The notes under the pieces are model-generated. The model was not told the DNA's origin. It was given only the letters and a program-made list of their open reading frames with translations, and ran no database searches. Made by a program: the position numbers and the translations under genes. A DNA stretch of 64,000 nucleotides from assembly GCA_951406725.2 (NCBI GenBank), contig OX597815.1, positions 116,684,001-116,748,000 on the forward strand. Reading direction: 5' to 3'. This document shows positions 15,028 to 27,869 of this stretch, one piece after another (position 1 is the stretch's first letter; the number at the start of each line of letters is the position of its first letter). This stretch comes from Octopus vulgaris (taxonomy: Eukaryota).

Positions 15028-15914
15028 CAGGGTGTCCCAAAAGTCACTGATGGGTTTCGATTTTTTCATAACTTCCTTAACTTTACAAATAAATACATAA
15101 AATTTTGATACAATATAAATGACATAATGGAAAGTAATATGCACAAGCCAAATTTTGCAACACCATAACATCACGTATGAAAAATGACATTGGTTAAATG
15201 GCAGCCATTTTCAAATTTGCACACCCATGCACTTTCCAAAATGTGCACCATAACACCCTCAAGAGTTTCGGATCTCACTTCTCTGATTTCTCTATTGATG
15301 TTCTTCCTTTGCACCAGGGTCTCTGGTTTGTTGATGTATACCTTCTCTTTCAGGTATCCCCACAAGAAAAAATCTGGGCTAGTCAATTCTGGGGAATTTG
15401 AAGGCCATTCAAAGTAGACCTCACACATGGTTCCAGCAAGATGGGGCAACTGCTCACACTGCAAGAGAAACAATGCAGTTGCTACAGCAGTGTTTTGGAG
15501 AGAGAATAATCTCCCACTACAGCAATGTCAACTGGCTTTCACATTCCCCAGACTTGACTAGCCCAGATTTTTTCTTGTGGAGATACCTGAAAGAGAGTGT
15601 TTATGTTGACAAACCAGAGACCCTGCTGCAACAGAAGGAGAATATCAGTAGAGAAATCAGAGAAGTGGGGTCTGAAACTCTTGAGGGTGTTATGGTGCAA
15701 GTTTTGGAAAGAGAGCAGGTGTGTGAAGCTGAAAATGGCTGCCATTTAACCAATGTCATTTTTCATATGTGATGTAGTGGTGTTGTAAAATTTGACTAGT
15801 GCATATTAATTTCCATTATGTTCTTTATATTGTATAAAAATTTCATGTATTTATTTGAAAAGTTAAGGAAGTTATTAAAAATTGAAACTCATCAGTGACT
15901 TTTGGGACACCCTG
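15028..15914. mobile_element. Palindromic Tc1/mariner (DD41D, rosa/Visitor-like) derivative
   Basis: TA|cagggtgtcccaaaagtcactgatg ... catcagtgacttttgggacaccctg|TA; + strand WFQQDGATAH...SPDLTSPDFFLW has 41 residues between the 2nd and 3rd catalytic Asp; the same C-terminus is present inverted on the - strand. Confidence 0.9.
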
Positions 15915-16077
15915 TATTACTTTGCTTAGAAACAGGAGAATGTTTAACAAAAAGAGCACCCAACCATTGAAAATCAACCTCAATAAATAGAGTCTGACTC
16001 ATGCAATGATGGAAAAGTGAGAGTTGAAGCATTGGTGTAGTTATAATTTCTGGTGATATGAAGAGCAAGCCTTCTAC

Positions 16078-16364
16078 CTTGACTCAACTTTTCATCCGAT
16101 GTCACTTTGTCCAACATCACTTCATCGATGTCTTTTGGTCTGATGTTTTTTTGTCTGATTACTTTTTTGTCCAACGACTTTTTGTCCAATTTTCAATAAA
16201 CTCTATAGAAAACAAGGTGAACATCAAAATTAAATAATCATTGAGAATTTTATTGATAGGATTTGTCGTTGGAAGAAAATAATCAGACAAAAAAGACATC
16301 GGACGAAAAGACGTGGATGAAAAGACGTTTGAAGAAGTGACGTCAGACGAAAAGACATAGCACC
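16078..16364. mobile_element. Mutator/foldback-like MITE with ~14-15 bp subterminal repeats, copy 1
   Basis: Arrays of ttttcgtccgatgtc-like units in opposite orientation at each end; degenerate 9-bp TSD gccttctac/accttccac. Confidence 0.65.
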
Positions 16365-16774
16365 ACCTTCCACATCTGCAGATGTACAATAGTACTGTAC
16401 AATGTGTAGCATACATATTGGTGCAGGCATGAAAAATAATTTATCATACATGAAATTATTATTACATGATGAAGGCTGAGAAAGGGCTGTAATCCTATGC
16501 ATAACAAGTGGTTAAATAAATATATTCACCTCTCATACCTCCTGAATTTTTATGGCCTACATACATACATACATACACAAACACACATTATAAATTTAAG
16601 AAATTGGTTGACATATATGGTTGGAATGAGCAAGAACCATGCCATGATAGCGGTTACATACATGTACAACTACATATACAATTTTGAATGAATCAGTCTT
16701 GGTGTATTGTTGGCTCAATTTGTTGCATTTTATTTTGATACTTCAAGTCATGATAGAAATGCATATCCAACAAT

Positions 16775-17013
16775 AAGGCGGTGAACTGGCAGAAATGCTA
16801 GCATGCTGGGTGAAATGCTTAGCAGTATTTCGTCTGCCGTTAAGTTCTGAGATCAAATTCTGCCAAGGTCGACTTTGCCTTTCATCCTTTCGGGGTTGAT
16901 AAATTAAGTACCAGTTATGTACTGGGGTCGATGTAATTGACTTAATCCCTTTGTCTGTCCTTGTTTGTCCCCTCTATGTTTAACCCCTTATGGGCAATAA
17001 AAAAATAAGAAAT
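16775..17013 (+). mobile_element. SINE family B
   Basis: aaggcggtgaactggcagaa...tcaaattc..gactttgcctttcatcctttcgggg...tgggcaataaaaaaat. Confidence 0.85.
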
Positions 17014-17247
17014 ACGTATCCAACAAAAAATTAGTTAAAGACATGTAATATTTGACATAACTGTCACTGTTGTTTTGTTAGATAGAATAATTTCATAGTT
17101 CTTTGGTATAGGGTACTAGTTGTTGTAGCAAGATTGATAGAAGTGAAGTCTTGTGTGAAATTCTGTTATAAAGAAATATTTATTTAATTTCAAACATTAT
17201 AAAATATATTTCTGAACTCTTAATGGCCTACAGAGGGAAGGAGTTAA

Positions 17248-17469
17248 CCCTTTTGCCGTCATATTTCTGCCGAGAGGCACTGTCTGTGTTGGAATTAATT
17301 TAGAAAATTATGATGAATTTAGTAAAATAATTTTGTTATTATCAAGCTGGTGCCTGCAACATAAATTAACATGAAATTTAAATGGAAGGTTTTAATTTAG
17401 TTCACTTTAAAACAGGAAGTTAACATTATAGAACCACAGGCAGTCTCAGACAGATTGATGTCAAAAGAG
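17248..17469. mobile_element. piggyBac-like MITE
   Basis: TTAA|cccttttg ... caaaagag|TTAA. Confidence 0.65.
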
Positions 17470-17877
17470 TTAACTCTCAGTAAAAAAAAAATCACTTTAG
17501 TAATTATCTATTAGAGCATGTTTAACAGTGTGTGTGTGTATGTGCTAGAGGCAGCAATAAGATGGTAGCTGATAAAACAATATCATAGTCTAGCATGTGA
17601 ACTCAGTTATTGTAGTGGTAGAAGTGGTCTTGAGTGCTATCAGCTTTAGGCCAATAGCTGAGGGCTAAACATTCTCTTGACTTTGTTGATATGTTTTCCT
17701 ATCAAAATTTAGACTGTAACTGTTTGGCAACTCCTTGTTATTTGCTTTTATAAGTAAGCAGAATGATTGATAAAAAAAATTTTTTAAATAGATGAAAATA
17801 TCAAGGCAGTGTCCCAGCATGGATGCAGTCTAATGACCAAAAATCTGAACTATTGTATACAAGAATATATGCAATGG

Positions 17878-17925
<48 letters not shown>

Positions 17926-18561
17926 AAGATTTAAGTCAATATCAGTGTCAAATTGTATCTTTTATTGTCTACTTGTTTCAGCCATGAGACTGTGGCCATG
18001 CTAGAACACTGCCTTGAAGAATTTTTAGTCAAACGAATTGACCCCAGTACATTTTAAACCTAGCACTTACTCTATTGGGCTTTTTTCCTCCCAACACCTG
18101 TAGTCAAACAGTGATAGGGAACAAACACAAACACAGAGACGCACACATATTTATATATTCAACAAGTTTCTTTCAGTTTCTGTCTATCAAATCCACTCAC
18201 AAGGCTTTAGTCAGCTCAAAGCTATAATAAAAGACACTTGTCTAAGGTGCCATGCACTGGAACTGAACCTGGAACCATGTGGTTGGGAAACAAGCTTCTT
18301 ATTATATAGCCATGCTTACATCCCTTTAAGATATATCTTTAAGTCAGTAGCAGCCAAATGGTGTATGCAAGAATGAAATATTTAAATGGGTTTGAATATC
18401 TAGTAGTACAAAGCCATGTCAACTGAGTCATATGCTTTCCAATGAAGATGGCAAAGAAGAAAAGATGTTCACTCCAAAGTGAAATAGGAATGAATGTGGA
18501 AACTTGTATGTGTCAAGAGGTCAAACAAGATGAATAAGTAATACTAACATATCTGTATGTT

Positions 18562-18840
18562 GCTGCTGTGTCTTTTCGTCCAACGTCGCTTTGTCAAACA
18601 TCTTTTCATACTTATCTTTTGGCCTGACATTTTTTTGTCTCTCTCTTTACTCTTTTACTCTTTTACTTGTTTCAGTCATTTGACTGTGGCCATGCTGGAG
18701 CACCGCCTTTAGTCGAGCAAATCGACCCCGGGACTTATTCTTTGCAAGCCCAGTACTTATTCTATCGGTCCCTTTTGCTGAACCGCTAAGTTGTCAAGTG
18801 AGGTTGGGGGGACAAACACAGACACACAAACACACATACA

Positions 18841-18901
<61 letters not shown>

Positions 18902-19258
18902 GACAGGCTTCTTTCAGTTTCCGTCTACCAAATCCACTCACAAGGCATTGGTTGGCCCAGGGCTATAGCAGAAGACACTTGCCCAAGATGCCGCGCAGTG
19001 GGACTGAACCCAGAACCATGTGGTTGGTTAGCAATCTACTTACCACACAGCCACTCCTGCGCCTGTTGATTTTTTTTGTCCAATGAAAAATCCTATCAAT
19101 AAAATTCTCAATGATTATTTGATTTTGATGTTCACCTTGTTCTCTAAAGAGTTTATTTAAAATTGGACAAAAAGTTGTTGGACAAAAAAGATGTCTGAAA
19201 AAAGACATGGACAAAATGACGTGGGACAATGTGACATCAGATGAAAAGGTGGGTCACA
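18562..19258. mobile_element. Mutator/foldback-like MITE copy 2 (opposite orientation), interrupted by a family A SINE (~18645-19064)
   Basis: Core aatcctatcaataaaattctcaatgattattt...gatgttcaccttg is the reverse complement of the copy 1 core; 9-bp TSD ctgtatgtt/ttgtatgtt. Confidence 0.7.
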
Positions 19259-20435
19259 TTGTATGTTCAACACTAATAAAATAACAAACTTGTTCAATAA
19301 GAACTTGCCATTTTCTAACTTTTAAATGGTTGAATTGAAAAGGCTACAGAGGTGTAATGAAAATTTTGTTACTTCAAGAAATAAATGGAAAGCAAATCTA
19401 ACAAATTCTGATGACTCTTCCATGATGAACTTGTTTCAGGTCCAGCACAAGTCACATGTCAGACAAGTACAACACTAAAATAAACTCTCTCTCTCACACA
19501 CACACGCACATACATACATAAAAACACCTATGCACATGTGTGTGTGGGTGTATACATACACACAAATCTCTATCTTTCTCTCACTTTCTCCATGTATGTA
19601 TATATATACATACATATATGTATATATTCATGTATGTATGTATGTATGTATGTATGTATGTATGTATGTATGTATGTATGTATGTATGTATGTATGTACA
19701 GAGAGAAAGTGTGAGAGAGAAATAGAAAGAAAAAGAAAAAGAGTAAGTGACAGTCTTTTTGTTACTTCTTTATGTTTAAGTAATAACATTCGGAAAATAT
19801 TACCCTCAACTGAATATGTCAAACATAACAATAAAAAAGAGATGTTAGATAATGTTTACATACCTACATTTATTTTCACATTTTGTTTATTTTAGTGTAC
19901 AATTTGTTGTAGTTAAATAATCCTATTGTATATTCTTCTCTTTCTTTGTCATAATTATTGTAACCTGCATCTCCTTCCTTTTCCATTATTTTAATATATA
20001 AGGATTGGTGGTTGATAGAATTTGTATAACAACCAACAAAATGTTTTGTGATATTAATCAGTTTTATCTCTTTTACTTTCTGAGTTCAAATTCCATTGGG
20101 ATTGAATTTGTTTTTAATCCTCTTGAGGATAATTAAATAATTACAAGTGTTATACAGGGAGCAACTTAATTGACTGCAGACACCCACAAAATTTGTAACC
20201 ACTGCAAAAATTAGAAATCATTATTATAATAGCCCTTTCTACTATAGGCATAAGACCTGAAATTTTGTGAGAGGGAGTTAGTTGATTACATCAATCCAAG
20301 TACTTAACTGGTACTTATTTCCTCGACCCTGAAAGAAAGAAAGGCATAGTCAACTTCAGCAGCATTTGATCTCTGAATGTAACGATGAAATATCGCTATT
20401 TTAGTCTGGTGCTCTAATGATTCTGCTATCTCACC

Positions 20436-20957
20436 AAGATTTCTGCTCCACACCCCAACCACCCTTTTTTAAAACTTACTTTTTTTTTCTACACAAACCC
20501 CCTTTTCAGCTACAGGGAATATGAATCTGCCAAAAACTTGGCAAAAATCGGTATTTGTAAATTAACCCCCTCACCCCCATTTTCTTCATTTTTTATCTTT
20601 TTTCAGAACTTTTTTTTTCTCAAAATACGTGGAAAAAAATCTTTGTAAAATTTTTTTTAAAGAATTTTTTCTTTTCTAAATATGCGGAAAAATACGGACA
20701 TCAGGATTCGGACAAAAATTTCAAAACATTTCTGTACTTATGGTTATGGTTTTAGGGTTAGGGTTAGGGTTTTAGGGTTAGTGTTGCAGAAAAAAGTCAA
20801 AATTGAAGAAGTTGGGGGAAGGGGGTAAAAATTTTCATAATTTTCATTATGGCAATTTTCCAGAACCTCCATATACGAAAATGGGGATTTTTAGCAAAAA
20901 ATTTTTTAAATAAACAAATATGGGAGAAAATAGTGGGGGATGGGCAGAAGTCTTTCC
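20436..20957 (+). mobile_element. Merlin-like MITE with internal (TTAGGG)n, copy 1
   Basis: Ends aagatttctgc.../...gcagaagtctttcc; telomeric-type units at ~20738-20781; reverse-complement homolog of 61198-61734. Left junction degraded. Confidence 0.7.
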
Positions 20958-21049
20958 ACCACCTTAATCATTATTATAATATCAAATCCTTTTGTTACCA
21001 TATTCGGTTAAAATACACTACCTTTGTTTCAATTAATTTAGAAAATAAT

Positions 21050-21451
21050 TCTTTTACTCTTTTACTTGTTTTGGTCATTTGACTGTGGCCATGCAGGAGC
21101 ACCATCTTTAGTCGAGAAAATCAACCCCAGGACTTATTCTTTGTAAGCCTATTACTCTTTTGCCGAACCGCTAAGTGACAGGGACATAAACACACCAGCA
21201 TTGGTTGTCAAGCAATGTTGGGGGGGACAAATACAGACAAACAGACATATACAGACATACACACACACACACACACACACATATATACGACGGGCTTCTT
21301 TCAGTTTCCATCTACCAAATCCACTCACAAGGCCTTGGTCAGCTCGAAGCTATAGTAGAAGACACTTGTCCAAAGTGCCACACAGTGGGACTGAACCCGG
21401 AACCATGTGGTTGGTCAGCAAGCTACTTACTACACAGTCACTCCTGCACCT
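21050..21451 (-). mobile_element. SINE family A
   Basis: Near full-length match to other copies. Confidence 0.85.
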
Positions 21452-21725
21452 ATTTAAAACATGTTAAGCTTTAGAAAAAAATTCTTATTTGATATTATGA
21501 TAAACTATTTGTGAAATCACAAGAACTATGATAATAAGTAGTGGGGTAAATTTGTTCAACTTGACCCTCCAGGCTTGTGCCCCAGTATGGCCACAGTTCA
21601 TTGACAGAAACAAGTTAAAAAATATAATGATAGGGTGACATTTTACTTTTACTATTCTTTATCGTATTAGTCTTTTTTGCCTTTTGATCTGTACTTTTAT
21701 TTTGCTTTTCCTTTTCCTTCATCAG

Positions 21726-21897
21726 GTGCTAAATTTTGTGCGTGTTGCAGTACAAAGTAGGAAAGTAAATCTGATGTCAGTTGATTTTCCTGCTGGGAGA
21801 ACAAGTGTATTTAAGCTGCCAATTGATCCAAGTTTAAAATCAATTACAATTTCAGTTAGTGGTAATCAACCAAAAATTTACTTGAAAAATCCTAATG
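21726..21897 (+). CDS. HMCN1: Hemicentin (HMCN1/him-4-like) internal exon A, end of VWA region
   Basis: Polypyrimidine tract + cag acceptor (21724-25) and G|gtgagt donor; 172 nt, phase 0 to 1. Encodes VLNFVRVAVQSRKVNLMSVDFPAGRTSVFKLPIDPSLKSITISVSGNQPKIYLKNPNG, resembling my recollection of human HMCN1 VLKWVEEAVQASKVHLLSTD...[28 protein letters not shown]. Confidence 0.9.
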
Positions 21898-22044
21898 GTG
21901 AGTAAAACCTCATTATAATAATTACTGGTAATTTTTTAATGTTGTTATTGTTGTTGTTGCTGTTTTTGTTGCATTTACTGCTTGTTGTTTAGTGTTGTTC
22001 CCTTTATTTTTATTTGTGTCACTAATGTTGTTGCTATTATTGTA

Positions 22045-22385
22045 TACCGTTGATTGGCACTCTGTCAGTTATGATGATGAGAGTTCCAGTTGATCTGATC
22101 AATGGAACAGCATGCTCATGAAATTAATGTGAAAGTGGCTGAGTACTCCACAGACATGCATTCTCTTAATATAATTCACAGGGAGATTCAGTGTGACACA
22201 GGATGTGATAAGGCAAACCCTTTGAAATACAGGTACTACTCATTTTTGCCAGCTGAGTGGATTGGAGCAATGTGAAATAAAGTGTCTTGCTCAAGGACAC
22301 AATGTACTGCCAGATACTGAACTCATGACCTTCTGATTGTGACCAGAACCACTAAACCACACACTAAACACTGAGCCATGCACAT
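22045..22385 (-). mobile_element. tRNA-derived SINE, family E
   Basis: Contains gtgtccttgagcaagacac block; related partial copies at ~1930-2165 and ~8185-8320. Confidence 0.7.
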
Positions 22386-23175
22386 TAAAATAAATTAGTT
22401 CCTACTAAGCTGGTGTTTGGAACATGAATTAACACAGAAGGCTTAGTGTTTGCTGTTAATGCTCCCTTAATCTTTAGCACACTGTAGGTGCATCATGTCA
22501 CTGTATGAGTTTTCTCCCCTGTAGTAACAGGGCAGTGACAGGGAAACAATTCTAGAGAAAATGCAGTGTTCTAAAGGTTAATTTTTATCTGGCTTCTTTT
22601 GTTGTTGTTTAGCTTCAAGTCAACCCTAATGATTAGATCTGTAATTAAAAGGCATTCTGGCCATGATAGTTTTAAGATATATGTCACCAACATGCAAGCT
22701 ATGTCCTTCCTTTCCAATCTTCTGTGGAAACATGTTTGGTCATGGCAAAATGTCACCTTACTGGAAGCAAGTGAAGGTTGGTGAGAGGAAGGGTATCTGG
22801 TCACAGAAAATCTGCTTCAAAAAATTCCATCCAATCCATGTAAGCATGAAAAAGTGAACATTAAAAATCATGAAGGTGAAAATAAGTGCTAGACTAACCA
22901 CAATACAGGAAGCTGACAGGATGATGATAATCAACATGGTCACTAATTCATACACTAGTAGTCATACATCTAACTCTACACTCAAGATATATATTACATG
23001 CAACAATTACATCATTTGTTAGCTAAACAGAAATCTGAAATTACCTTTTTCTGTCAAGACTATTTGATTAATGATGAAGTAAACATCTTCAAAACATACC
23101 CTAGAATTTAATTTATCAATGTCCAAATATTAAATGCATCCTACCCTATTAATCCTGGGATATTACTATTTATAG

Positions 23176-23400
23176 GTGAAAGACCAAATGACGAAACAGG
23201 ACTAAAAGAGCTTCTTAATCTTCGAAATATTCAAATTCACAGTGTGGAAGACCCAAAGGCTGGAATGTGGTCCTTAAAAATTTCTAGTTCAAGTCCACAT
23301 ACTATCCGTTTAACTGGCCTTAGTCCAATAGGATTTACAGCAGGATTTTCAAGAAAATCTGTCACTGATTTTTCTGAAACAGAATTTAGACCTGTTGAAG
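23176..23400 (+). CDS. HMCN1: Hemicentin internal exon B
   Basis: tag acceptor (23174-75), G|gtaagt donor; 225 nt, phase 1 to 1, in frame with exon A. Encodes (G)ERPNDETGLKELLNLRNIQIHSVEDPKAGMWSLKISSSSPHTIRLTGLSPIGFTAGFSRKSVTDFSETEFRPVE(G), matching HMCN1 motifs GLHELLN, PEAGMW, RITGLS, FRAGFSRK, RPVQG. Missed by the ORF track. Confidence 0.92.
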
Positions 23401-23571
23401 GTAAGTGATTTTATTAATAATATTCCAGCTTCTTATAATTGATTTTTCATGGTTACATAGAATTAAAAATCTAATCTTCATGTATTTTTATGCTTTAAAT
23501 ACAGTTCCACTACCACTATGGTAGAAATTATAATTTTCTAGATGAAATGAAAGTAAAACCCAATTTTGTGC

Positions 23572-23607
<36 letters not shown>

Positions 23608-23750
23608 ACGTTCATGAATAGATTACAAATTCTGGATAGTTTCTAGCTTAAAAGCCAAACAAGGGTTTGGAAAATTATCAGACTGTGAGGTCTGTTCATG
23701 ATAAAAACTTTGTAAACAACTATTATTGACTTACCAACATAGCATCACCA

Positions 23751-23781
<31 letters not shown>

Positions 23782-23785
23782 ATAC

Positions 23786-23859
<74 letters not shown>

Positions 23860-24254
23860 CTGAATAGATGGATGGAGGGAGGGAGGGAGGGGAGGGGAGG
23901 GATGGATGGAGAGAGAGGGGGGATGGATGAACAGCCAAACAGACAGATGGACAAACAAACAGACAGAAATCTGTGTATCATACTTAAAGCATATGCAATG
24001 TTGAAAGCCTGAAAAACTGTGGTATTAGTCTCAAGAAAGCATCCCTTTTAGGTGTACAGTGTTAAAAAGCAGAATCATATCAGAAGCCAGCAAAAATCCT
24101 CCAGGGTAGTGATAGCATTGCATCTGCTACTGATGATGACAATGATGTGCATAAGACATGCTTTCTTAAGCTGAATACCACATTTTATTAGACTTTCAAT
24201 GATATTTAGCTTTAAGCATGATACATAGATTGCTATTTTAAACTGACATTGCTT

Positions 24255-24596
24255 CTGTGTGGTAAGAAGCTTACTTCCCAACCACATGGTTCCAGGTTCA
24301 GTCGCACTGTGTGGTACCTTGGGCTGACCAAAGCCTTGTGAGTGGATTTGGTAGATAGAAACTGAAAGAAGCCCATCATATATATATGTATGTCTGTGTT
24401 TGTCTCCCCAACATCGCTTGACAACCGAAGTTGGTGTGTTTATGTCCCTGTAACTTAGTGTTTCAGCAAAAGAGACCGATAGAATAAGTTCTAGGCTTAC
24501 AAAAAATAAGTCCTGGGGTCAATTTGCACGACTAAAGGTGGTGCTTCAGCATGGCCACAGTCAAAATGACTGAAACAAGTAAAAGAATAAAAGAAT
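24255..24596 (+). mobile_element. SINE family A
   Basis: Match to family A with internal deletion. Confidence 0.85.
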
Positions 24597-24609
24597 ATGT
24601 ACGTATATA

Positions 24610-25492
24610 TTGGGTCATCCCATAAATAATGCAGCTTTTTCAATTGCATGAACTAAAAGTTAGGGGGTGTATGGGATAAACTACCTGCATCACCTTTCTA
24701 TAAAAGCAGGGAGTATTTTAACCTTGTATTATTCTTAGTGCAAGGTTTGAAGAGTGCAGTTCGTTTTTAACAGGTATTTTTTCAAAGCTATAATGGAAAT
24801 AACAAAGGAGCATATTCGGCACATTTTACTTTATGAGTTCAACAGAAAATGCAAGGAATAGTAAGGTAGTATATGGGGATTGGACAGTAAGCATAAGCCA
24901 GTGTCAACAGTGGTTCTAGAAATTCTGAGCCAGAAACTACAGCCTAGAAGATGGGCTTTGTCCTGGAAGATCTGTAGAGCTCGATGAGGATGTTCTGCAA
25001 ATCCTGGTGGAACAAAATTTCATTGTAATTGTTGAGGAACTAGCAGAGAAGCTTGGATTTGGTCATTGAATGCATTGACACCTACGCTAGAAGAAAAGCG
25101 AGCATCTTTGGTTTCAAGACAAAAAGTGTTCTTCCATCAGGAAAATATTGGCCACATACAGGGAGGATACCATTCCAAAGGCTGAAGCAGTTTGAAGGGC
25201 AAACAATGCTGCACAGATATTTCCCCATCTGATTATCATTTACTCCGCAGTCATCAAAATCATTTGGATGGAAAAAATATGAATTCTATAGATGAGGTCA
25301 GAACAGTAGGAGTATTTTTCATCACAGACAAGCGAATTTTGAAAGAGGGGCCTTGCAAGTCTACCAAATAGATAGAAGAACATTGTAGAAAATGAAGGAG
25401 AGTATATTTTAGATTAAAAAAGAACTTTCTTTATCTTAATTTTGAAAAATAAAAGAAGTATAATAAAAACACACAATTTATGGGATGACTCA

Positions 25493-25493
<1 letters not shown>
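24610..25493 (+). mobile_element. Internally deleted mariner element
   Basis: TA|ttgggtcatcccataaat ... atttatgggatgactcaa|TA; transposase remnants MEITKEHIRHILLYEFN, SPSDYHLL, IVENEGEYILD*. Confidence 0.85.
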
Positions 25494-25558
<65 letters not shown>

Positions 25559-25568
25559 AAGTGCTAAG

Positions 25569-26004
25569 CAACAGTATCCCAACCTTTTCTGCCTCAAGGC
25601 ACCCTCACCAATCCTTGCCAATAGAGGTGTTGTGGATTTCAGAAATCCACAGCGCCTCTATTAGAAAATCTAATATGACAGTTGTCTTTTGATTCAACAT
25701 CAATGTAACAAAACTTTGTCCCTGGATAATAACATCTGTGTAATGTCCCTGATATAATAAAAAATTTCCTTTATTTCGCCAATGTTGATATAACAAACAT
25801 AAAATAGATGACAATACAAAAATATAATAGACAACAATACAAAATATAAGATGATAATAATATTTATCGTTAAAGTCGTATCAAAATGTATTTTTGACTC
25901 TAAATGATCAAACATGATACCACATAGATATGTATATTTTGCAGCACCCCTTGGTTGATCTTGCAGCATACCAGGGTGCCATGGCACACCTGTTAGGAAC
26001 TTGT
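25569..26004. mobile_element. hAT-like MITE
   Basis: Termini ...tcccaaccttttc / tgttaggaac; 8-bp TSD gtgctaag/atgctaag. Confidence 0.5.
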
Positions 26005-27869
26005 ATGCTAAGCAGTGATGTGTATAATATTAACTTGTTATCAGTTCAAATATGCTTGAGGTATATTCAAACCCATAAGAAAGCTATTCACTGTATTTTG
26101 TCGTGGAGAAAAGTTTTTGCAATAGACAAATAGGTGTTTGCACCTATTTGTCAGTTTGTAGCACACACTAACCAGACTGGTGGAAGCATACATTTCAGAG
26201 TGATTCACAATCACCATCACCTGATTACCATCGGGTCTTATAACAATATTGTCACACATATTCTATAACCATTTATAGGTTTCTTCTAGAACTTCTTCTT
26301 ACATACAAAATATACAATGCTATTTGAGAATGATGATGATAGCAATGACAATAGCAATGGTGATAATGATGATATGTTGACATGACAGCTTGAAATGTAA
26401 TAAGGATGCATCACTGATGCAAATAACAGGATTGTTATGCCATTGTTGTCGTTGATGTCATCAACATCATCATCATTGTCTTCACTGCCATCAACAACAT
26501 CTTCTTCATCTGTGAAAGTATTTACTAGTCTATTGTGATGTATTCTTATTTTATATTTGATTTCCACTGTAACTTCCTATTCATACACTTCCTTCAAGAT
26601 TTCAATCTAGAATGAATAGCCGAAATATTTTTCTATGAGCTTTATCTTCCCCAAATAACACTTTGTCAATGAACAGAAGTAGAAACATATGTAAATGTTA
26701 CTTTGGTTGTTTTGTTTTATATTTTCCAACAACCTCAAAAATATAATCTATGAATGACAGCTTGTTCTAATTCACATGTTATTGTTTATCCATTTCATAG
26801 TCAACAGACTATTTCCTTTATTTTTGGTATTTATTATTTGGCTTTTAGAGCAAACCAAAGCATCTATCTTAAAAAATAAACATAAAGATAGATGAAGTTA
26901 TCAGACATAAAACATAACAGCTAGCTACAAAACAAGAATTAACATACCATAACTTATGTGAATGTTATTTTCGTTTGTGCCTCAATCAAAGACAGCAGAC
27001 AGTCTATCTTTCTTAAAATAGCCTCCAAAATCCACCCACATGTAAAAAGATATACATATATTAGTGACCAATCCAAAAGCCTATTTTCTGTATACATGGG
27101 ACCATCAAACAATTGCCACTTTACACCCATTAATCTTACTCAAATTAATCTTACTTTCAATTGTATTCATACGTATGTATGCATGTGTGTGTATGCGTGC
27201 GTGTGTGTGTGTGAATTATATATTATAATTTAGGTTTATAATTTGAATTTTTTTAGTTTCTAGTTCCTTCCTTGATGTTATACTTCAAAATGTATGAAAA
27301 GATTAAAGCATTATTATTTATTTATTATTTTTTTTTTTTGGTTTTTGTATTAATCCATATTTGGAAGTATCTGATAAACATCTAAATAAATACCTAATGT
27401 AATAACATGAAATAACTAATAACATAGTTAAAATTTGCCCAAATATACTTCAATATATATCCAATTCAGTTGAAAATATAATTTAATTATCTAGTCACTA
27501 TATCATCATCATCATCATTTAGCATCACTTTTCCATGCTGGCATGGGTTGGATGGTTTGACATGAACTAGTAAGCTGGCTCCAGTCTGTTATGGGTGAAT
27601 ACCTTTCCTAATGCCAACCAATCCATAGTGTGTACTGGGTGTCTTTTACACATCACCAACACTGGGCCCCTTAACATGTGATAGGTATGGGTGCCTTTAA
27701 CTTGTAACTGACATAGGTGATATTTATGCATCACTGGCACAGGTGCCTATTGTGTGTCACCTGCATAGATGCCTTCTATGTATCACCAGCATGAGTGCCT
27801 CACATGTGTCACTGGTACTGGCCATGGCTATATATATATATATAGAGAGAGAGAGGGGGGGAGAAAGAG

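Noticed and set aside
20738-20781. TTAGGG tracts as a telomere or chromosome-fusion relic
   Set aside because: Short, internal to a TIR element and present in both copies of it.
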